In this document: one piece after another, positions 59,379-64,000 of the stretch
Numbering within the stretch: position 1 is the first letter of the stretch
Layout of the letters: each line of letters opens with the position of its first letter
Source of the DNA: the human T2T-CHM13v2.0 reference genome, Homo sapiens
Length of the DNA: 64,000 bases
Reading direction: 5' to 3' (one strand)
Assembly: GCF_009914755.1 (NCBI RefSeq)
Contig: NC_060926.1
Position numbers and translations under genes: made by a program
The notes under the pieces: model-generated
Told to the model about the DNA's origin: nothing
The model's input: only the letters and a program-made list of their open reading frames with translations
The model's database searches: none

Positions 59379-59467
59379 TTCCTTCCTTCCTTCCTTCCTT
59401 CCTTCCTTCCTTCCTTCCTTCCTTCCTTCCTTCCTTCCCTCCCTCCCTCCCTCCCTCCCTCCTTCCC
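59379..59467. repeat. (TTCC)15(CTCC)6 microsatellite
   Basis: Counted directly. Confidence 0.95.
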
Positions 59468-60020
59468 TACTCCTAAAAAGGTTAACACATACGTCCAAAT
59501 TTAATAGCTGGTAAATGGCAGAGATGGAATTGAGCACACAGCCTATCTTTAAACTAATCAACACACACACTGTCTGCTAAGCTATTGGGTGCACACAGTA
59601 CATAGTTTTCAGAGGTCAAATCAAACTGGTCAGATGAACAATAGTGTATATGACATCCCTGAACCAAGACCTTAAAGGTGAGGAAACTCCTCCCTCGGGC
59701 TGCCTGCTGGGGCAAGAACCAATGCCAGAGCCCCTGGTCTCTGGTGAGGGTGAGGGTGGAGGGCATCATAGAGGAACCGGTCATTTACACAGGATCCCTA
59801 TAGCTCCTGCCTGAAGCAGCTTTGGAAGACAAAAATCACAGTCACGGCACCAAGCCCTAAGCCTTGGATCAATCTTTTCTCCTTTCTAAGCCCTCCTTGC
59901 ATCCTCAACCACTCCTGAAGTGAGTTGTTTGGGGTCTGTCAGAAATAAACAGGAGTTCTTTTACTTGAATGAGGCAGGTTGGGTTTAACCCAACCTATGC
60001 CTCTGTGTGAATTGGATAAA

Positions 60021-60038
60021 GGCGCCCCCTGGGGGCAG
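60021..60038 (-). promoter_or_regulatory. Candidate CTCF motif in reverse orientation
   Basis: The minus strand reads TGCCCCCAGGGGGCGCC, one mismatch from CCASYAGRKGGCRS. Confidence 0.5.
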
Positions 60039-60449
60039 AAACAGAAGCTCCAGGGTGAATGGTTTGGCAATCAGAGGGAGGCTGGGTTTTAAATTCTATT
60101 CATCCCCTTCACCAAATTATGCAGGGCAAAACCATACAAAGTAGCCCTGGTTAGGGTTCTGTGAGCCATCAGGCTTAGAAGTCAACAGAAACCCCAGACT
60201 CTTAGCATGGAAACTAAGAAATGCCTGCATCCTGGAGACTTTCAGGGCCAGAGTGCCCACAGTGAGCTGTCCCGGGTACCTGAGCAGCCTGCCCTCTGAT
60301 ACTCTCATGCTGTACCCAGCGTAGCCATTTTCTTTCTGTCTTACAGCTATCTGGGCTCCCCCTACCTCCACCCCCATCCCCCAGCTCTTCAATCCTGTCT
60401 CTACTTCCTTATTGGCTAATGACTCAACTGGTCCCTGAGCATGTTTTCA

Positions 60450-60920
60450 ATATCTTCATTCCACAGATTTTAATTGAGCAACAACTAGGTTTTGGAAATG
60501 AAGAGATGAACACAATTCAGACTCTCTCCTCAACAGTTCAGTCGAGTGAGGAATCTGCTGTAATAGAATTTGACTTACACAAGGAGTATAGAGAAGGGGC
60601 ATATCCTTATGGTTGAGCAAGTCATGGGAGGTCCCAATGAAGGATGAATATAAGTCAACTAGGTGAGGAAATGAGGAGGAAGATCATTCCAGAGAGGAGG
60701 AACAGCATGTGCAAAGGCCCAGAGGTATCCAAAGCTACGTGCATTCAGAGAGCTAGAATGACTGAAGCTCAGGCTGTGTGCAGCAGGAGAAGTAGGAGAT
60801 AAGTTGGAAAGGTAGGAGAGAGGTAAGGTCCTGAAAGGAATTTGGACTTTGTCCTGAGGGTGCTGAGAAGCCACTGAGGGGCTCTAAACTGGGAATGGAT
60901 ATGCCAAATTTGTGTTTTAA
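60450..60920 (-). mobile_element. L2 3' fragment
   Basis: CATTCCAGAGAGGAGGAACAGCATGTGCAAAGGCCCAGAGG...TTTGGACTTTGTCCTGAGGG. Confidence 0.8.
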
Positions 60921-61269
60921 AAACGATGGCTTCTGCTTCAGCCTCTTTGGGCTGAATCCTTTGCTACTTGGGCCGACTGGCCCCACTTACCATGAGAGAT
61001 GATACAATTAGCAGGCTGAAATGAGTATTAGAAGGCTCAGAAGTAGGAGACATTCTTGGTCCTAAGGCAAGATTGCCTGTCCCTGAATATCTCAACTTCT
61101 GATGGACTGGTTCTGTAAGTTGTTTAGCCTAAACCCAGGTAACATTGGATCTATTGCTAAAAGCCATTTTCTACTCTCACAGATTTTGAATGATTTAGTT
61201 GATTCTCTCAATTTCAAAAGAGCCTTGCCCAACAGTATACACTGTTAGACCAAACACACTTTAACATGC

Positions 61270-61490
61270 ATACATTTTTATTGATTGCAAAGTACTTTAA
61301 TATATGTTAGCTCATTGAATCCTTACAAAATTATTGTAAGGTCAGTAGTAATTCATGTTATCCACTCCCATTTGACAGATAAAGGTACAGAAGAATGGGT
61401 TGAATGACATGTCCACAGTTACAAATCAGTAAAAGGACAAGCAAAAACTTGAAAACAGGTTGACTCCAAAGCCAATGCTTTTGCCACTAT
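61270..61490 (-). mobile_element. MIR-like element
   Basis: CTCATTGAATCCTTACAA...CCCATTTGACAGAT...TGACTCCAAAGCC. Confidence 0.65.
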
Positions 61491-61639
61491 AGAGTGCTAT
61501 CTCTAAAATAATTTATTCATGTTCTAATTCATTTCATCCTGCACTTCAAGTCTTCTTTAAAAATAAAAAAAAAAATGCAGACAAGGGAGTATATAGATAG
61601 ACTAAAAAAGCAAGACAGGAGAAAAGTGAAAATACTAGC

Positions 61640-61930
61640 CACAGGTTCCCACACAGTAATTAAAATTAGTGTGCAAATTGAGCTCTGAGCTTCCAGGCAG
61701 CTAAAGCAAAAGAGGAAAAATGTAATTCATATTGTCCATAAGGAAAAGACTTGCTATATCTCAAGAGAAGCAAACCCTTCTTGGCACTCAGATATGAGAG
61801 AATTTTCTCCTGTAAATCTTTTATATTGAGGATATTGAATGATGCTGTCTATAAATTCCTCAGAAACATTCCTGCCAAGGGGGCAGAGATGGAGATGCAT
61901 GGCTATTTCTTATAGATGCTCCTAATGAGT
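61640..61930 (-). mobile_element. Possible L4 (RTE-X) LINE 3' fragment
   Basis: AAATTGAGCTCTGAGCTTCCAGGCAGCTAAAGCAAAAGAGG resembles the recalled L4 3' motif. Confidence 0.4.
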
Positions 61931-62844
61931 ATGAAGAGCAAAAACCAACGCTGCTTTTTACAATTTTCCTCATCTGTGCCGTTTTTTAGCCATAGGTGTG
62001 TTGATGTGTGGTTTTTGAAAGATGAATACTTAAGCGATTGTTTTGGGAAAAGAGAAATTCCTGCCTACAGTTGTAGGTGTACGGGAGGCCACTGAAGTTT
62101 CTCCCCTTGGGAAACTCTACAGAAACTTCTCCCCAGTTTTTCAAAGCTCATCTTGACTGGCTCCCTACTGGGATATGTACCTAAGGCAAAACTCAATACC
62201 AAAGAAATCTATGTGCCTCCATTTACCACTTTACCTCAGAGGATAAAGATAAATTTTATTAAGATGAACTTCTAATGCAAATTCTCTCAAAAGGGATGCA
62301 GACAGCTTTTCTCCACAAAACTACCAATTGGTGACAACTGCAGCAATGCACACATTACATGATGCTCCTTAACTTCCATCTGGAAGAAGTCATTTCAGTA
62401 CTCCCGAGCCTGTCCAGAAAGGGATCACGGGAGCATACACTCCTTCAAAGATCTACCAGAGATGAGAACAGAAAAACCCCAAAGGCTCAACATTTTGTTG
62501 CTCTTGTAGTTCTTCCCTGTCAGAACTAAGACACTGTCTACATTATTTCCATAAAGCTGCTGGCTCAGCCTGTCCCTAGTCCTGGTTGGCTCAGAGAATA
62601 CAGGTCTCCTTCCCTCTTTACAGACAATGCCCTCCTTCTGGATGGCCACGACAATGGAGCTTGATGATTTAATCATGCTTACACCAGGCTGCCTAGGAGA
62701 CAGCTGGCTAGGACTAGGATGCAATCTGTGGCTGTGGAGCAGAGCCAAGTTCACTGTGGTTGAACCCATGACCTGAGCCTCCTGGGCATGACCTCTAAAT
62801 CAGTTGTCACATTTATGACAAGACTGTTATGTTTAGCAATCATA

Positions 62845-63100
62845 ATAATAATAGTGAGAGTTTGCATTGATAGAGCACTTCCTATGTGTCAGTCTCTTGC
62901 TGAATGTTTTTATGGGGATTATCTCCTATGAGTCTCTCAACTCCCTGTGAAGAATGCCTATCATCTTTCCATTTTACACACAGGGAAATAGGAGCTTAGA
63001 GAGTCTAAGACTTTCCCAAGGGCACATAGCTAATAAGTAGTGAAAACAGGATTCAAACAGGCAATTCAGTTCCTGAGCTCATTTCTAGCTACCACCCTAT
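62845..63100 (-). mobile_element. MIR element
   Basis: GAGCACTTCCTATGTGTCAG...CCATTTTACA...CCCAAGGGCACATAGCTAATAAGT...GGATTCAAAC. Confidence 0.8.
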
Positions 63101-63804
63101 CCTAGCCCTGTCAGGATTATCCATATTGCAGACAGGGCAACAAATACAAAGCTGTGTCATACAACCTCTAGTTAGCTGGCAGAGCCTCCTGACTTTCAAC
63201 TCAAGACTCATTCGTTAGACACAGAGTTTTTTAATGTGTAAGTTATGGCACCATTGTTTCTAATGTCTCAGAATCCCATCTTTGGTGTTGGATAATGACA
63301 GGCCCAGGGAGGAATGGCTAGCACTAAACATGCTCACCTCAACCACATTCTCAAGAAATATTTTATGAAAACCTGGGTTTCCAAAGAACAAATATTTGAT
63401 CATCACTGCTTTACTTATACTGCTGGTAGGTTTGTAAATTTGTCTGGCTTTTGGGGAAGGTGCTTTAATAATGATGTATCAAAAGCTTTAGCTAGGGGTA
63501 CAAATGTAACCCACACATTCACTTTCACTAAAAAAATAATTTGAGAGAAATAATGCAATGTTGAAATCAACCAAGAATTTTAGTCGCACTATTGTTTGTA
63601 AAAATGAAAAGTTGAAAATACCCTTAACAGATCATCAATTGATTGATGCAACATTTTGTTACATTCTTACTATAGAATTCCATCTAGATCTTTCAAAGGA
63701 TAATCTGAATCTACATATATGTTGTGATATAACAGTAAATTCAAGATGCTTGTAATATGTTGATACATGAAGAGAGCAATTATCAAATAATCTGGGTAAT
63801 ATGG

Positions 63805-64000
63805 TGTATTAGTTTCCTGGGGCTTCCGTAACAAATATTCACACACTAGATGTCTTAAAACAACTTTATTCTCTCATAGTTCCGGAGGCCCAAAGTCTGA
63901 TAACAAGGTATCGGCAGGCTTTGTGGCTCTGGGTAAGAATCTTGTCCCTGCCTCTCTCCTCGCTTCTGGTGGTTGCCAGCAAACTTTGGCGCTCCTTGGC
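63805..64000 (-). mobile_element. MLT1B/C-like MaLR LTR, cut off by the window edge
   Basis: TGTATTAGTTTCCTGGGGCT..CGTAACAAA...TTATTCTCTCATAGTTCCGGAGGC...GCTTCTGGTGGTTGCC. Confidence 0.8.

Noticed and set aside
59148-59570. ORFs with PSFL or GRKE repeats
   Set aside because: They are translations of the (TTCC)n microsatellite.

Overview
Primate, almost certainly human, non-coding genomic DNA (intergenic or deep intronic). No protein-coding exon, tRNA, rRNA or CRISPR array can be supported, and the ORF track is mostly Alu/L1/LTR-derived or random. Much of the window is recognisable transposable elements: about 14 Alus (AluJ to a young AluYa5-like copy), solo LTRs (MER41A, THE1B, MER4A1, MSTA/B, MLT1), L1M fragments, L2, MIR, CR1/L3 remnants and DNA transposons (MER1A, MER5, MER33, MER45A, MER53, Charlie1, MARNA). 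Subfamily names come from recalled consensus sequences, not a database search. The most notable observations are: (1) a promoter/insulator-like block at 26.9-28.4 kb with a consensus CTCF site, ETS/Sp motifs, a G4 and a candidate MIR-derived exon, plus a possible convergent CTCF partner near 60 kb; (2) an old L1MA with a clean twin-priming inversion; (3) a young AluYa5-like insertion with an 11-bp templated inverted sequence at its 5' junction; (4) an AluJ with unusually high CpG retention; (5) a TGACA-dense unique region; (6) a 15x GGAA microsatellite. I found no evidence for a new multi-gene biological system.
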